Source of the DNA: Lama glama
Taxonomy: Eukaryota
Assembly: GCA_028534125.1 (NCBI GenBank)
Contig: CM052816.1
Coordinates: 16,432,001 to 16,496,000, forward strand
Reading direction: 5' to 3'
Length of the DNA: 64,000 nt
The number at the start of each line of letters is the position of its first letter. The first letter of the stretch is position 1. The notes under the pieces are model-generated. The model did not search any database, was not told the origin of the DNA, and worked only from the letters and a program-made list of their open reading frames with translations. Shown piece by piece: positions 26,621 to 39,819 of this stretch. The position numbers and the translations under genes were made by a program.

Positions 26621-29027
26621 ATAGTTACTGGCATTTATCATTATAACCTAAACTAAAACTAATGAATTCTTGATTGAGTGGTTTTAAGAAAATAGCTAAT
26701 TTTGCACTGCCTGGGAAAACCAAGTCAAAAAGAATAGTTTAATTCTAGCTCTAGAGTTTGCCAAAATGAAAGAGCTGAAGACAGCAAGTAAAAGCTAGCC
26801 AATGGAGTCAGTTTTAACAAACACTGTGATTAGAATTCCAATTTTAAGTGGGAATTTCTGTCTGAATGCTACAAAATTGAATACTGCTTTGAAAAAGAAA
26901 AATCCAACAAATGTCTTCCTAATGCTTTGAAGACCATTTCCTCAATTAAGAAATTTTAATAGCCTAAGAAAAATCAGCTTCTGAAAAGGGTGAAGGGGAC
27001 AAGCAGATCCTTTATCACAAGAGAAATCACTGAATGAGGGTATATATGTACAGCCAACGTTTAAAAACCAATTTTTCAGTATACAATTGCTTTATCTATT
27101 TTTCACCAATACAGACTCTTAAAAGAACATAAATACATTCTGTTTCTCAGCCACAAGTGCATTTATTGTTATGAGCTTTAAAGATTATAGCTAGGTATCA
27201 CTGGTTAAATATTTATGATTTTTCTTACAAAATATTGCGTGTTATTTTACACCAGGGAAAAATAAGCAATATTCATATAGACACAAGAACGAGGGCAAGT
27301 AGAATATATATCTTTTCATTCCTAGAAGATGAGTTTCTTACTTGAATCTAGAAAACTAATAATTCTCCCTCAAAGCAGGGAGAAGTAATTCAGGACAAGT
27401 ATGTTTCAGAGTCAAATTTAAAGGACAATTAGCAAGGAAGCCTTGAAGTAAGATACCACACTGAATTCTATTTGGTCGACTATTACAAACTACAAATTAC
27501 AAAACCAAAAGTTAGAGTATCTGCAACTGGAGTAAAACCAGGAGGCCAATCATTTCAACATATCTTAAAGTAATACTCGTAAGACAACTTACTGCCCAGA
27601 CGCTGTTTCAGCATAAAGCAAAGAAGTATCTTGCTTTATAGTATGTCTCCAAATCATACCATTATGAAAAGATTCTATGCCATTTGTTGAATGGACAATT
27701 CAACAAAATCAGGTATCAGAAGTCCCTGGTTCTAAATATCCAATATTCCACTTTAAAACAAATAAGCTACAGTGACTATCAAGTACTTACGTAGCAATCA
27801 TCAGATATGAACACAGATTCAATTCAAAATAAACAGAAAAAATAAGGACATTCACTCAGAAAAGAAAAACATCACAGACTTTCACCCTTTTAATTTTATG
27901 ACTAAGAAATATGAAAACCAAAGTAACTTTCAGGAAAGTATGCCTGAAATCAGAGAAGAGAAAATTTTCTGGCAGAAGGGGCTATACCTGTCTCTGGCAA
28001 AGAGAGTTTTGAACTCAATGAGTTTTTATTAACTACTCCTCTAAGCAACTAATTACAGAAAAAAAAAATTTAAGCACAATGGCTAGAAAACATTAGGGTA
28101 GAAAGTTATGACTGATAAGCTTTTAGTTTTGCATGTTTGTCATGTAAGGGCATTCTAGATAAAATAAACAAGTTTATTTTATAAACAATACAGTGCCTAG
28201 TTTGCTACACTTAAATAATTACATTTAAATGACCCAATTTCTTATCATCAACATATGACAATTTTGCCAAAAGTAAAGTTCCTTGGACCAAAAAGAATGA
28301 GGAAGGAAAAGTATTATGATTTCTTAAAACAATACCAATTTGCACATGTATATAGCACTGTATCTAGCACTTTCTAGAGTTACGTTCACATCAAATATGA
28401 TATCCCCTCCTCTCTCTCTGCTCAAATGAAGTGGGAAGAAGATCCTCCGTCAGCTGTGATTAGATGCTTGAACTACAAGATCATGCAGACTAGCGGGTGG
28501 AGACTACTTTGTTATAGACCAAGAGCAAGGAATGAAACTGTCATACAAAACCGAGAAGGATCTGCTTCAAGACACAGGAGAGCAGCCTCAGTCACTGCCT
28601 ATCCAGATCCCTGTTCACATTGTTCTTGGTTAAACTTCATTTACTGCTTTTTTATTTCAAGGCATTTTGACATTTTTGCATTATTACCATCCATTATCCC
28701 ATCTTCATCATTTTACTTGGTCTTGTTTGAGTGGTTCTCTCTACCTTTTAACAAGGTCAGGTATAGAAACAGCTAATAATGACCCTGTTTCTCTGTTGAG
28801 AAAGCAGCTCTGGGGAAGGTTACTTGATCAAGTTTTAATGAGGCCTATTCGATGTAAGCATTATTGTCCACCATTCATGGCATCATATGTGAAGCACAAC
28901 ACACGAAATGGCTCTGAATTAAAAATCAGAGAAGTCTCGGTTCTAGTCTTAACTGTCCTTACCTGGGAATGATCACGGCCATGTTATTCTCTAGTTTCAG
29001 GTTGTTTTGAAAATAGGTGGTTGGGTT

Positions 29028-30055
29028 TCAGTTCTGGTTAAGATAGAGTAAACGCATTCCACCCTGTCTATTCCACTGAATGCAACTAAAAACCCTGGAC
29101 AGAACACAAAGAATTCAGTCTTTGAATCTAGCAATCTGAGAACTGGAAAGAGAAAGGGCACAACCCACAATTATAGTTGGCAGCCAGGGCTATACCTATC
29201 TCAGCAACTGTTAGAACAAGCAGACCCTAAGTTTAAAAAAAAAAAAAAAACACATAAATAAGCAATCAAGTTATAGAAGAAATGAACCAACTGAAGCCAT
29301 CAACCAACTAGATCTAATTAACATATACAGAATACTGCATCCAACAACCAAAAAAAACAGGAAAAAAATAAATAACCTCCATAGTCAAGTGCAGACAGAA
29401 TATTCACAAATGTAGAATGACTGGGTCATAAAACAAATCTCAATAAACAATTTAAAGAAATGAAATCATGCAAACTATGCTCTCTGACCACACTGAATTT
29501 GAACTAAACTAGAAATGAGTAACAAGTTTAACAAGAAAATCTCCAAATACTTGATAATTAAACAATATACTGTACTTCCAAACAGTCCACTGGTCAAAGA
29601 GGAAGACTCAAAATTTTCAAATATTTTGAAGTAAACTAAAATGAAAATACAAAATATTGTAATTTATGGGATGTAGACAAAGCAGGGCTTATATGTAAAT
29701 CTTTACATTTAAATCTTGTAAATCTTTACATTTAAAAAGAGGGAAAGTCTCAAATCAATAACCTAATCTCCCACCTCAAGAAGCTAGAAAAGGAAAAACA
29801 AAATAAACCTAAAGGAAACGGAACATAAAGAACAGAAATCAGTGAAATTGAAAACATAGAAAAATCAATGAAACCAAAAAAAACTTGTTCTTTCAAATCA
29901 GTAAAATTGATAAACCTATAGAAGATTGGATAAAATGGACCAATTCCTTAAAAGCCACAAACTTCTAAAATTTATCCAAGAAGAAATATGTAACCTAAAT
30001 AGCCTTATATCCATTAAGAGAAACTGAATTTGCAATTTAAAACCTTCAAAAAAAT
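29028..30055 (+). mobile_element. Old L1M: 5'-end-like piece plus degraded 5' ORF2 (endonuclease region)
   Basis: 'ccatcaaccaactagatctaattaacatatacagaatactgcatccaacaac', 'ctctgaccacac', 'tctcaaatcaataacctaa...ccacctcaagaagctagaaaa' and 'aaatggaccaattcctt' are L1 ORF2 hallmarks. Confidence 0.8.
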
Positions 30056-30074
30056 TAGCTGGCTGGACCAGATT

Positions 30075-30282
30075 AGGGTTCAGCAAACTTCTGTGAAGGG
30101 CCAGAAAGAATTTTAGGTTTTGGGGGCCGTTCCATCTCTGTCACAACCACCCAACTATGCCAGCGCAATGGAAAGCAGCCATAGATTGTAAGTAAACAAA
30201 TGGACGTGGCTGTGTTGCAATAAAATTCACAAAAATAGATGGCAAACGAGACTTCCTGAGAACTATAATTTGTCAGCCACTA
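30075..30282. mobile_element. MER58A-like hAT-Charlie non-autonomous DNA transposon
   Basis: 'agggttcagcaaacttctgtgaagggccaga...gaaagcagccataga...gtggctgtgttgcaataaaa'. Confidence 0.8.
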
Positions 30283-32654
30283 TACTAGATAACTAATGTC
30301 ACTTCCAAATTCTGAACTTTATAATTCTACACTTCCACAGTCAAAAATCACTGAGATATATATATACACATATGTATATATATAGTTCAAGAAAAGGATA
30401 ATACAAATGTTATCACAGAAATAACTGGCTATATTCCGACCAAGACCTGCTAGAAGTGAGTACTGTAGTAAACTGAAAACCCACATATACAACTCACCCC
30501 AGTCAAACTAGTCTTGAATAAATCATTACCTGAAAAAGATGAATCCCTTTATTAAGGTGAAAAATCTTCAATTTCCCCATATTAATAGTACCTTGGAAAT
30601 AAACACAGTATATGATTATAAACAAAACCTATAAATTCAAGACATGAAAAATTTAGGGTCTAAGTTTGTCTTTAAACTTTGTGTCATAATGACCATAAGA
30701 AACGTTGTCAAAAATCTGGTGGAAAATACAGAAGAAAACATAAACCCTACTATCTCACCACCTAGTGACAATTACTAATATTCTGATATATTTAGGGGTA
30801 ATTTTTTAATCCACAAACATCTTTTAGATACAAAATCTTTTCACGCCTGCCTGATATCTAAACAGCATAAAGTAACACCAAGGACAGTCTAGCAGCAAAC
30901 TCATGTAGGCAAAAACCTTACGCATCTGCAGCCTGACACTTTGCAGGCTTCTGGGTCTGCTCCATCATCCAGATTTCAGACCACTCCACTGCTGCCATTT
31001 TGTCCAATATATGCATCTTTCTGTATATAAAAGGTAAAGAACTTCCCTGTACCTCGAACCTCTTACTAAGCAACACAAAATATAACTGAGATGAGTCATC
31101 TTCCTCAGACTTAAGTTCTTCTAAACTTCTCACCTCACACCACAAGAAAATAACAATTTTTGACAAATAAGGTTTCTCAATTAAATAAACGCTGCTATCA
31201 AGAGAAGCATGCTCAAATTCTGCACTCAATGCAACATCTATTTATACCTAAATTCTCCCAAATATGCTAGAGAGTTCACAGAAAAGCTTACAGTAACAAA
31301 TCAATAAAATCATATGCAAGTACAGCTATGCTTGTGGACAAGGATAGCCATGGACTAGCAATAGAAGTAAGAGTCTATTGCAGGAAACCCAAGGTTCACA
31401 CAAAGACAGAAATCATAGCATACTGTATAACAGAACTCAGGCCCTCTATCTGCACACCACAGAGCCAACTGATCTTCAGGTAACACCACAGAGTCTAGCT
31501 TGGGAGCTTTCTTGTTCAGCTCATTTCAAGCAGCTATACCAGACCAGGTCTATCTTATTTAGTGTGAAATATTTAATTTCATTTATAAATGCCATTAATA
31601 AATTTCATGTATAAAGCTATACAGTGAAAAACTCCATGATTCTAAAGATGATGATGTAAAATCATATTTGCTGACTTACAAAGAAGCACAATGATAGAAG
31701 TAGTAGGAGTCCAGATTTTTAGGTCAGAGAGATCCGAGTTCATATCTCAGCTGTAGGCATATGTATTTCTGAGCAAGTAACAATTGAATAAGGGTTATTA
31801 TGGGAGTCAAACAGGTAATAATGGATGTCTCTTAGCACAATGGCTGACATATGGTAAGCTGTGTAATGGTACAGATAATCCTGATTTTTGTGTTAAAAAA
31901 GAACAGTAAGAAAAAAATAGATATGTGTGTCCTTATACACATATACAGTATGAAGCTGGAATTCTATATACCAAAAATGGTGATACATAATGAACACAGA
32001 GCTATTATAATCAGAAAAAATTAACCTGTTTCAATTTTGAAAATGAGAAAATACAGCCATAAAGTAATGCAATAACAGGCTCTTCGAAGAGTATCTCAAA
32101 GGCTAGGAAGCATAGGCTAGGAAGCTTTGGCTCTGATAAAGTGGTTCCAGGAAAGCATTTGCAAAACTGAGAAGAGATTAGCATCTAGATTAAGTGCTTC
32201 CCTTCACTGCAATAACAATATATCTTCAAGAGTTAACATTAACTGCATTCTACTCATACATTCCATATCTATTATCCAAATCAGATAAAAATTTTATACC
32301 TGATATATTAACATAATCAAACCCCTCAAATGACAGGCCCAGTCTGATACAAAAAAAATGTCCAATTACTGCATTTCTCTCACAGGATCCTACAACCACT
32401 GCTTCCAATGTTTCTGGGCAACAACAAAGATAAAACTTAACCTTAAGTAACATCACCTTCACCAGGTCTTAAGCTGTACCAACTTTCTTCTCCCTAAAAC
32501 TAGTTTTAGCTATAAAAAAAATACAAGCTATAATATCTACCATGTATGTGACTGTACCATTCTGGATATTCAACAAAGAAGCTGATGCTCAACTCTTATC
32601 TACTCATCTTAGTTGGTTGGTTATCCAGCAGTCAGAACTATCCAAGAGAAGCAC

Positions 32655-32716
32655 TGTGCTGTACACCAGAAACTGACACAACACTGTAAACTGACTATAC
32701 TTCAATTTTAAAAAAT
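32655..32716 (+). mobile_element. ~60 bp L1 3' tail
   Basis: tgctgtacaccagaaactgacacaacactgtaaactgactatacttcaa, nearly identical to the tails at 8250-8300 and 10620-10665. Confidence 0.85.
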
Positions 32717-33399
32717 GCAAAACCCCCCACAAAATTACACAAAGTGGCAATAATTTTTTCAAATTCAATTACATTTCATTTTAATTTCAATCCATTCACC
32801 TTTAAACCTTGAAGTTTACTACACCCAGCTAAGCTGTTTTTTTCTCTAGAATCCTCACAAAGTAACCTTAGGCTGATAGAACAGGAACAAATTAAACTTA
32901 ACCACAATAACCACATTCCCTCTCAAGGCAACCTGGAAGTCATTTGTGAAACTAAAAAGATCCACCGAATGGTCAAAAACCCTCTACTGTCATGCATCTG
33001 CAGTATTTCCATGTTAAGTAAGTAAGGGTCAAATGCATTACTTTTAACATTAGTATCTCAGAGCATCATAGTTAGCAATAGAACCGATACTACCTCCAAC
33101 TCTTCAAACCACAATGCAAGTGGTTAAGCATTAAGGCTGCTGGCCTCCTGGCCCTTCGAGCCTTTAAAAAGGAGACCAGCCCTCACCCTGATAACGCTTT
33201 CACTCACTGCTTATTTTAGAAGTACTTGATTTAATTTTTTCCAAAAATGTTATCTGTATATTGAAAGATCTACAGGAAGTAAACCACCCGTGGCCTACTT
33301 TCCCAAACCCTCTAGAATGTAAGGTCAAAAAGGGCAAGGATCTTTGTTTTTTTCACTAATGTATCCTTAGTGTCATGAATATCCAAAATTATTAACTTT

Positions 33400-33865
33400 A
33401 TTCATTCTCTTACGTCAGCATGAGTTCATTAAGCACTTAGAGTACCTCTTCTAGTATTATACTAGACCGTGAAAAAATATTTTAAAAGTAGTTCCCATCT
33501 TTCAAAAGCTTAAAACTTAGCTGCAGAAATTACATGGATAAAGGAGATACAATTAAGCAACAATTCAAGGAAGTAAACAATTGAGTGCAAAACTCAAGCA
33601 GCAAAGAAATAATGTAGAATGGTGCAGTATGAAATGGCCTTCAGCAAAGAGATTGGCGGGGGAATGTAGGCCTTGAAGGAAGAACAAGTTACCTTTAAAA
33701 GAGTAGGAAGGGAGTTTCAAAAACATAATGAATGATGTCTTAACTGGAAGCATGAGCTCAGATTGGCCTGAGCAGGCAGAACAGACTGAAAATGGAGAGA
33801 GTGAGTAGAGCCTATAAAGTAAGGCAATGGCAGTGGAGACAAAAAAGGACAAATGCAATAAACCA
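33400..33865 (-). mobile_element. Degraded L2 fragment
   Basis: 'ttcattaagcactta...aaaagcttaaaacttagctg' followed by purine-rich L2-like sequence. Weak match. Confidence 0.5.
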
Positions 33866-33867
33866 TC

Positions 33868-34042
33868 ATAGCAGTTTCTCCACCTTAACTGCAAGTTGGA
33901 ATCACTTGGGGAACTTTTAAAAATACCGACACCAGTAACTCAATCCAGTAACTATGACTTAATCTGGGTACAACCTAGACATCGAGATTTTTTTAAAGTT
34001 CCTCAGGTTTTCTAATGTGCATCCAAAGTTAAGAATCACTGC
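33868..34042. mobile_element. MER5A-like hAT-Charlie MITE
   Basis: Termini 'cagtttctccacctt' and 'aagttaagaatcactg'. Internal 'gaatcacttggggaacttttaaaaatac' and 'ttctaatgtgcatccaaag'. Confidence 0.8.
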
Positions 34043-34769
34043 CGTAGAAGAAAAACCAGTGTAATCTAGTAAGTGGCAAGAGAGGATGAAGAAGGAAGAC
34101 TTGAGATTACGATAAGATTTAAGATGTATTTATCTATAAAAATAATGACATTACTGAGAGAATCCAGGAAATGAAAAAGTAAAAACATGTGAGCCTTCTT
34201 CTGTTACCAGGGTCCAAATAGTGAACCAGTTCTAATTAATTCTGATTGTCCCAATTCTCCACATACCATCATTTGACTAATACTTTTCAAAAGAAATAAT
34301 CAAAACAACATGAATCTTCTTTTTCTTTTTAAATCAAGGTAGAGCTCAATGCAAAGATCATCAAAATAAATACTTCATAAATCCTTCCGGATTTCCCAGG
34401 TAGAAATACTCTCATCCTCCTTACAATCCCTATGGTATCTTAGTGGAATCTATGATGGCATTCCCAATAAATGTCCTACAGAAACCCTGCATGTTTCAGT
34501 AGAAAGAGGTTGGTGCCCCATTCCTCCTCTGATTACACAGTGCCCAGCACACTACTTTGCAGCTGACACATACTCAATACAAACGCAGTGACAGGCAGAT
34601 ACTGCCAGTTAAATTGTGACTGTCACTGGAGGTTCTAAATGTTCTTGAACGCATCAGAAATAAGCAAAAATGTATCAGTTGACTCTGCTTCTTGTAAACC
34701 CTTTCATCATTCTAAGTTTTCTTCAAGTGTGCTGCATTATCTGCCCCCTTTATCCTAACTCCACTGCTT

Positions 34770-34886
34770 TTTTGTTTGTTTGTTTGTTTAGGTTTATTTA
34801 CTTACTTAATGGATGTACTGGGGGTGAACCCAGAACCTTGTACATGTTAGGCAGGCACTCTACCACTGAGCTATACCCTCCCCAGC
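34770..34886 (-). mobile_element. tRNA-derived SINE (camelid Vic-1-like), same orientation as CTNNA1
   Basis: Reverse complement reads ggagggtatagctcagtggtagagtgcctgcctaacatgtacaaggttctgggttcacccccagtac. Imperfect TSD cactgctttt / cactgttttc. Confidence 0.92.
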
Positions 34887-36319
34887 CACACTGTTTTCTG
34901 ACAGGACCTAGCCTGCTCACTATTATGTAAGTCACTACAAGGAAACTAAATATGTTTATCTTTAGAAGGAATATGCTTAGAAATCACCTTCTAAAATATA
35001 TTTTTGAATCTCCAGATAATTTCTTCCAAAACCCCTATGATCCTTAAATTCCAGCCAAACATCAATGATTTAGTTTTCACTTACATAATAAAATGTTATC
35101 TATGAGTGCAGTTATAGTCTCCATTTCTTCAGTATAAATGAGTGTTTCCCACATTTACTTACATCCATAGCACAAAACATAAAGTAGCATTTGTCTGTCA
35201 TTCTGGGGAGCAAATAGGTTGCTCGTATGCTCAGTGATGACTAGCCCAAGATCTGGCCAACCCCAAGACTCAAGGAATACCTTTACGACTGGCAAGGAAG
35301 CTCTAGTATGGAGCAATGAAAACAGATTTCTCACATATTCTTCCCCCAAAAGGCTGTTTTTAAAGTGGTTTTCCCAATCATACATTGGACACTTTTTGTA
35401 CCACTTCAGCATGGCACATGATAGTAGATAGCTGATCCACATACATACCATGAGTCCTCTGTTTCCCTGTTTACGACTCCAACATTGTGAGCCAGTCTTC
35501 AAATTATCCATTTTTTATATTTTCTGATTTTCACGCTTTTTATGGACTTTTAAATGTGTCCTATATTTTCATTGTGACTTATCAACCGCTTTTTCCATTT
35601 GATTTAACTAAGCCTCTAATCTCATTTTTCTGAGGCAGACTGTATACGATCAAAACATGGTAATGGCTTAAAAAAATTCAAAAATGCTTCACTAATTTCA
35701 CAATATGGTAGAAACAAGATAAACACAGGAAGACATTTAGCTTCAGCCTATGAATTCCATCGTGACTCACCATTATACATTCACTTATACAGGAATATAA
35801 GTGAACAAACAAAATGTATGGCAAAGGAACAAATAAGAAAGCACCAAGGATCTTTTCCTGAAAACTATTAAACAGACAAAAATCACTAGTGAGAACTATT
35901 CTACATCAACCTTCTTCCCTTTAAAATCATTTTATATAATTTTTATTTAAATTTATTCCTTTCCTTTCACAGAGTAAACTATTGGGTACAAGGTCTAAAT
36001 GACAGTAATCCTAAACTAGCATTAATAACTAGAATGGAAAAAGAAGTATTAGGGAAGGAAAAAAGAAGAATTAACAGTAGATAAAGAAACTCAACAATTA
36101 CAGGTTTTTCTATGGCAAGAAAAAGTCAGGTGTCAAATTTCATACAGCACTGGTTTTTAAACATAAACTTTAAAAATTCAAAAACACTACTCAGTTCGCT
36201 AATACTCTACTTGGCAATTACCTACTCTTATAAGTGACACGGTACATGGTTCATTTAAAAAACTTCATCAACTATGAATATTTCCAGCATTTCCTTTTGC
36301 CCAAAATTCGATGGCCACC

Positions 36320-36582
36320 TAGATGTGATCATGGAATTTTAGGAGTATTGAAGGTCACAATCCTTAGGAGACACATTCTGAAATATTTAGCAGTGAAGCA
36401 ACACAATGTCTGCAACTTACTTTCAAATGTTTCACAGGAAAAAAGGTTGTATATGTGTATATATTTATACACACAAATACGAACATACAGCTACATGTTA
36501 ATTGGTAAATCTAGATAAAGGGCAGATGGGTGCTCATTGTAGGGTTTCTGTAAGTTTAAAATTTCTCAAACTAAAAAGTTGG
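36320..36582 (+). mobile_element. Old L1M 3' end
   Basis: 'atgtctgcaacttactttcaaatgtttcac...ggtaaatctagataaagggcagatgggtgctcattgta...aaaatttctcaaactaaaaagttgg'. Confidence 0.7.
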
Positions 36583-36722
36583 AGAGAAAGGGAGCAGACA
36601 GAAAGCCATTTACCCATTCCTTGGAAAACTGTGCTCCACCCAAAAGAATCAAGGAGCTAAGAACAGATTTGTTATTTATAGTTACAATACCTCAGACTGA
36701 GTATCTGTTTTGGAAAACTCAC

Positions 36723-36926
36723 ATTGCCCATGTACTCCGAGAGCAGGTCCTGCAAGGCCTGGCGGACAGCGTTACACTCTGCAACGATTCTCTCACGCCG
36801 GTCATCACGTGTGCAGGACGAGTCAGCCATCAGGGCAGCCCCACTAATGATGCTTTCCAGGCGTTCCTCCAGGGAAGGCCTAAAGCGTTCCTCACTGAAG
36901 CTCAGGGGATCCACAATGATTTGTTT
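36723..36926 (-). CDS. CTNNA1: Alpha-E-catenin coding exon 7 (204 nt, phase 0/0)
   Basis: Acceptor cctttgcag|AAACAA, donor GGCAAT|gtgagt. Encodes KQIIVDPLSFSEERFRPSLEERLESIISGAALMADSSCTRDDRRERIVAECNAVRQALQDLLSEYMGN. Confidence 0.98.
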
Positions 36927-38669
36927 CTGCAAAGGAAGCATTGTTGAATGTTAGTGTAATCCCTGTTCCCGCCAATACGCAAGAAGTGGGGAAAGTGTTG
37001 ATTAGGAATGCCAAGATTTAACACAAAAATTCCAACGCTTGTAAAAAAGATACACTTCTTGGCAGATGAGGGGCATCCTATACAAGCTGCCCTATGGTGG
37101 ATCACTTCTCAACGAAGGCAGTGGAAGCAATACTATCTAGCTGAACATGGTCTACATAAGGCATGATACCACAAAAACAAACATTACAATCATGCTCACA
37201 CTACTTAATCTGAACATATAAAGGTCAGCCTATACAGTAGCAATAAATTAAGTTACCAAATGAGAATTACAAATGTTACAAATTACATTATAAATGTCAG
37301 TGCTTTTTTTTCTTTTCTATGTTGAGTATAAAACTGCTACATGACATGAGAACTGTTTCACTCCAAAAAATAAAAACATTAAATTCTGTCCTCAAAGTTT
37401 CAAAACGGAATGTATTTATAATCTATTTCAATCTATTTTCCTCACCTTATACATCTCATCAAATTTTATTAACAATTCAGTCTCAAATTTATCCTGTCGT
37501 ATCTGAATTAGAGACTTTGTTCAAAGACCTCCAGGTTTTCTACATGAGATGACGGCAATCTGCCCAACAAAAGCTCTGAGGTACAACTGCCCCCAAAAGA
37601 ATAAATCCTTCCTCTGTCTCCCGTTCACTCCCCTGACTCCACTTAAATCTAGCTTTGCCAGTGATGAGTGAGGTCAGGTTATAAGCAAACTGTAGGCACA
37701 AGGTCAAACATCAACACTTCCAGGACGGCAGCTAATGGACTCCCTCCAACTTCTCCACTTGATACAATTTATCCTCACATCAATAAATGTCTGTGCAAAT
37801 ATTTTGCCTTTAATTTTTCTTTACAGAGACTACGTTCTTATTGATTTCAATTTAATGGCCAAGGTTTTTTTTCTTAAAAAAAGCTTGCCCTTTTCCAATA
37901 AGTACACATTTCTTCTTTCCCTTCCAAAGAACCATCAGTTTCAAAATTGAACATACAATACCTTCATTATTAACCTACATTTTAGCTCATCATTTTTCTT
38001 ACCAGATTAAGTTATTGTAGGATTTCTCTGGGCAAAACTGAATACACAATGCCTTCTGTCCAAGAGGAATGAGAAATGAATGGTCACAGAATTTTAATAG
38101 CGTCAGAGAACAGCAACAGGCCTGCAATCATTTAGTCCAACCCCATCATTTGAAGTTTCACTGCAGCCCTAAGAGGCGAAGTAGCCTCTGATAGATATTA
38201 CTCAGTTTAGGGCAAACAGTAACCCTTACTGCCTTGCAAGAGGCCAATACCTAATAGTGACAAATTTAAAGGGAAAAAAACAACTGTGCCAGTAAATTGT
38301 AAGATGCATCTTGAGAGTTTGCTATCAAGTCACTTACTGTTTAAGGCTCCAGAGTAAAAATTCAGTTCTACTACCATGGTCATTAGGTTTAACATTGTCT
38401 TTATGAAAAGTTTTTTATCAGCCATGCATATCAGCAAGGATCAGTTACTCAGGAAAGTAAAGGGGTAAGACAAAGGAAAGAAAATAAAGACAAGGAAAAA
38501 TTGCATTCCATTATATTGATTCTATGCTTCAAAGCATTCCTACTTCTCAAAGGATGCTGTCCACCTGGAAGGCAATTTTCCCTTATGTTACTTTTAAAAA
38601 TGAACCTAACAGTTATGTTAAAAAAAAAAAAAGAAAGAAAGAAAAACAACCTTAAAATAAAATCTTAAA

Positions 38670-38688
38670 CTGCTGCCATCTACTGGAA
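38670..38688 (-). promoter_or_regulatory. Candidate CTCF binding site
   Basis: Minus strand reads CCAGTAGATGGCAGCA, matching the CTCF core consensus CCASYAGRKGGCRS. Binding is not shown. Confidence 0.55.
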
Positions 38689-39171
38689 GCCATGAGGCCT
38701 TGTGGGTACGAATTTAAAACCATAAAACATATCATCAAAAAATGAAGATTAGAGTTGATATATAGGGTAGTACATACACAAAATAAATACACAGAACAGA
38801 TCTGAGGCATCATCTATAAAACGTAATTATATGGCATTATGCTGAGAAAGTATTTTAATTCCAAATTTGCTTGCACTTGATTAAATTCTGTCTATTATTA
38901 CAATTTAGTCATTGAGAAGAGACGTGTATCTAGGCAGACAAGTAAGACCAAGATAACAGCATTTATTTTATAGTTACTTATGATATGTCTGCGTCTCCCA
39001 CTAGACTGTGAGCCCACAGAGGGCAGAGCCTAAGTGCACTTTGCCTCTGTATCTCCCACAGCTTCGTACCTACCAAGAGGTTAAAATCTTGGTTGAAATG
39101 AACCAAACTCATCTCCTCAATAAAGAGTGACCTCATAGGAAACACAAACTGCATAAAAGAATTCACAAGTT

Positions 39172-39563
39172 ATAAGTGAAGTTAGTCAGACAGAGAAAGA
39201 CAAGTCTCATATGATATCACTTATATGTAGAATCTTAAAAAAATGACACAAATAAACTCATTTACAAAACAGAAACAGATTCACAGACATATACAACAAA
39301 ATTATGGTTACCAAAAGGGAAAGGGGTGGGGAGGGGTAAATTAGGAGTTTGGGATTAGCAAGTATAAACTACTATATATAAAACAAACAATAAAGGTCCT
39401 ACTGTATAGCACAGGGTACTATATTCAATAGCTAGCTTGCAATAACCTATAATGAAAAAGAAAAAAAGTGCATGTGTGTGTGTGTGTGTGTAACTGAATC
39501 ACTATGCTGTACACCAGAAACTAACATTGTAAATCAACTATACTCCAATTAAAAAACAATGAT
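39172..39563 (+). mobile_element. 5'-truncated L1 3' UTR
   Basis: Similar to 10300-10670, with an internal (TG)n. Near-TSD aattcacaagtt 39160-39171 / aattcagaagtt 39564-39575. Confidence 0.9.
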
Positions 39564-39819
39564 AATTCAGAAGTTTAACTACAACTAAAAGAGAAAAAAG
39601 AAGGGAAGGGAAAAGAAAGGAGAGGGAAAATAAAAGATAAATGATTTAGGCCAAGTCAAGACCAAGTAGACTGACGATTCATAAAATTTCTTTCAACTAA
39701 GACTACAAATCAAAGTAGAAACTGAGCTTTCATCAGAAATCTTGACCACATTTCCCTAGAAATCCGTTAACTTTGAGGAACGGTCAGGAGCCTGACGTTT
39801 CCTCCCAAGTATAACTTAC

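Noticed and set aside
28426..28972. Plus-strand ORFs of 116 and 101 aa
   Set aside because: There is no recognisable protein family, and the composition is typical of translated intron.
28950..28975. Possible recursive splice site cccag|gtaagg on the minus strand
   Set aside because: The polypyrimidine tract is poor and the site lies in MIR-like sequence.
29694..29735. 20-bp near-tandem duplication tgtaaatctttacatttaaa; similar micro-duplications near 21180, 24886 and 32100
   Set aside because: These are ordinary slippage duplications with no array or spacer structure, and are not CRISPR-like.
35163..35202. 40-nt pseudoexon with ctatttgctccccag| and |gtaagt on the minus strand
   Set aside because: The splice sites look good, but the exon is very short, such pairs are expected by chance in a long intron, and there is no other support.
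36579..36954. Plus-strand ORFs of 122 aa and 76 aa overlapping exon 7
   Set aside because: These are antisense shadows of a GC-rich coding exon, with non-ATG starts and no recognisable product.
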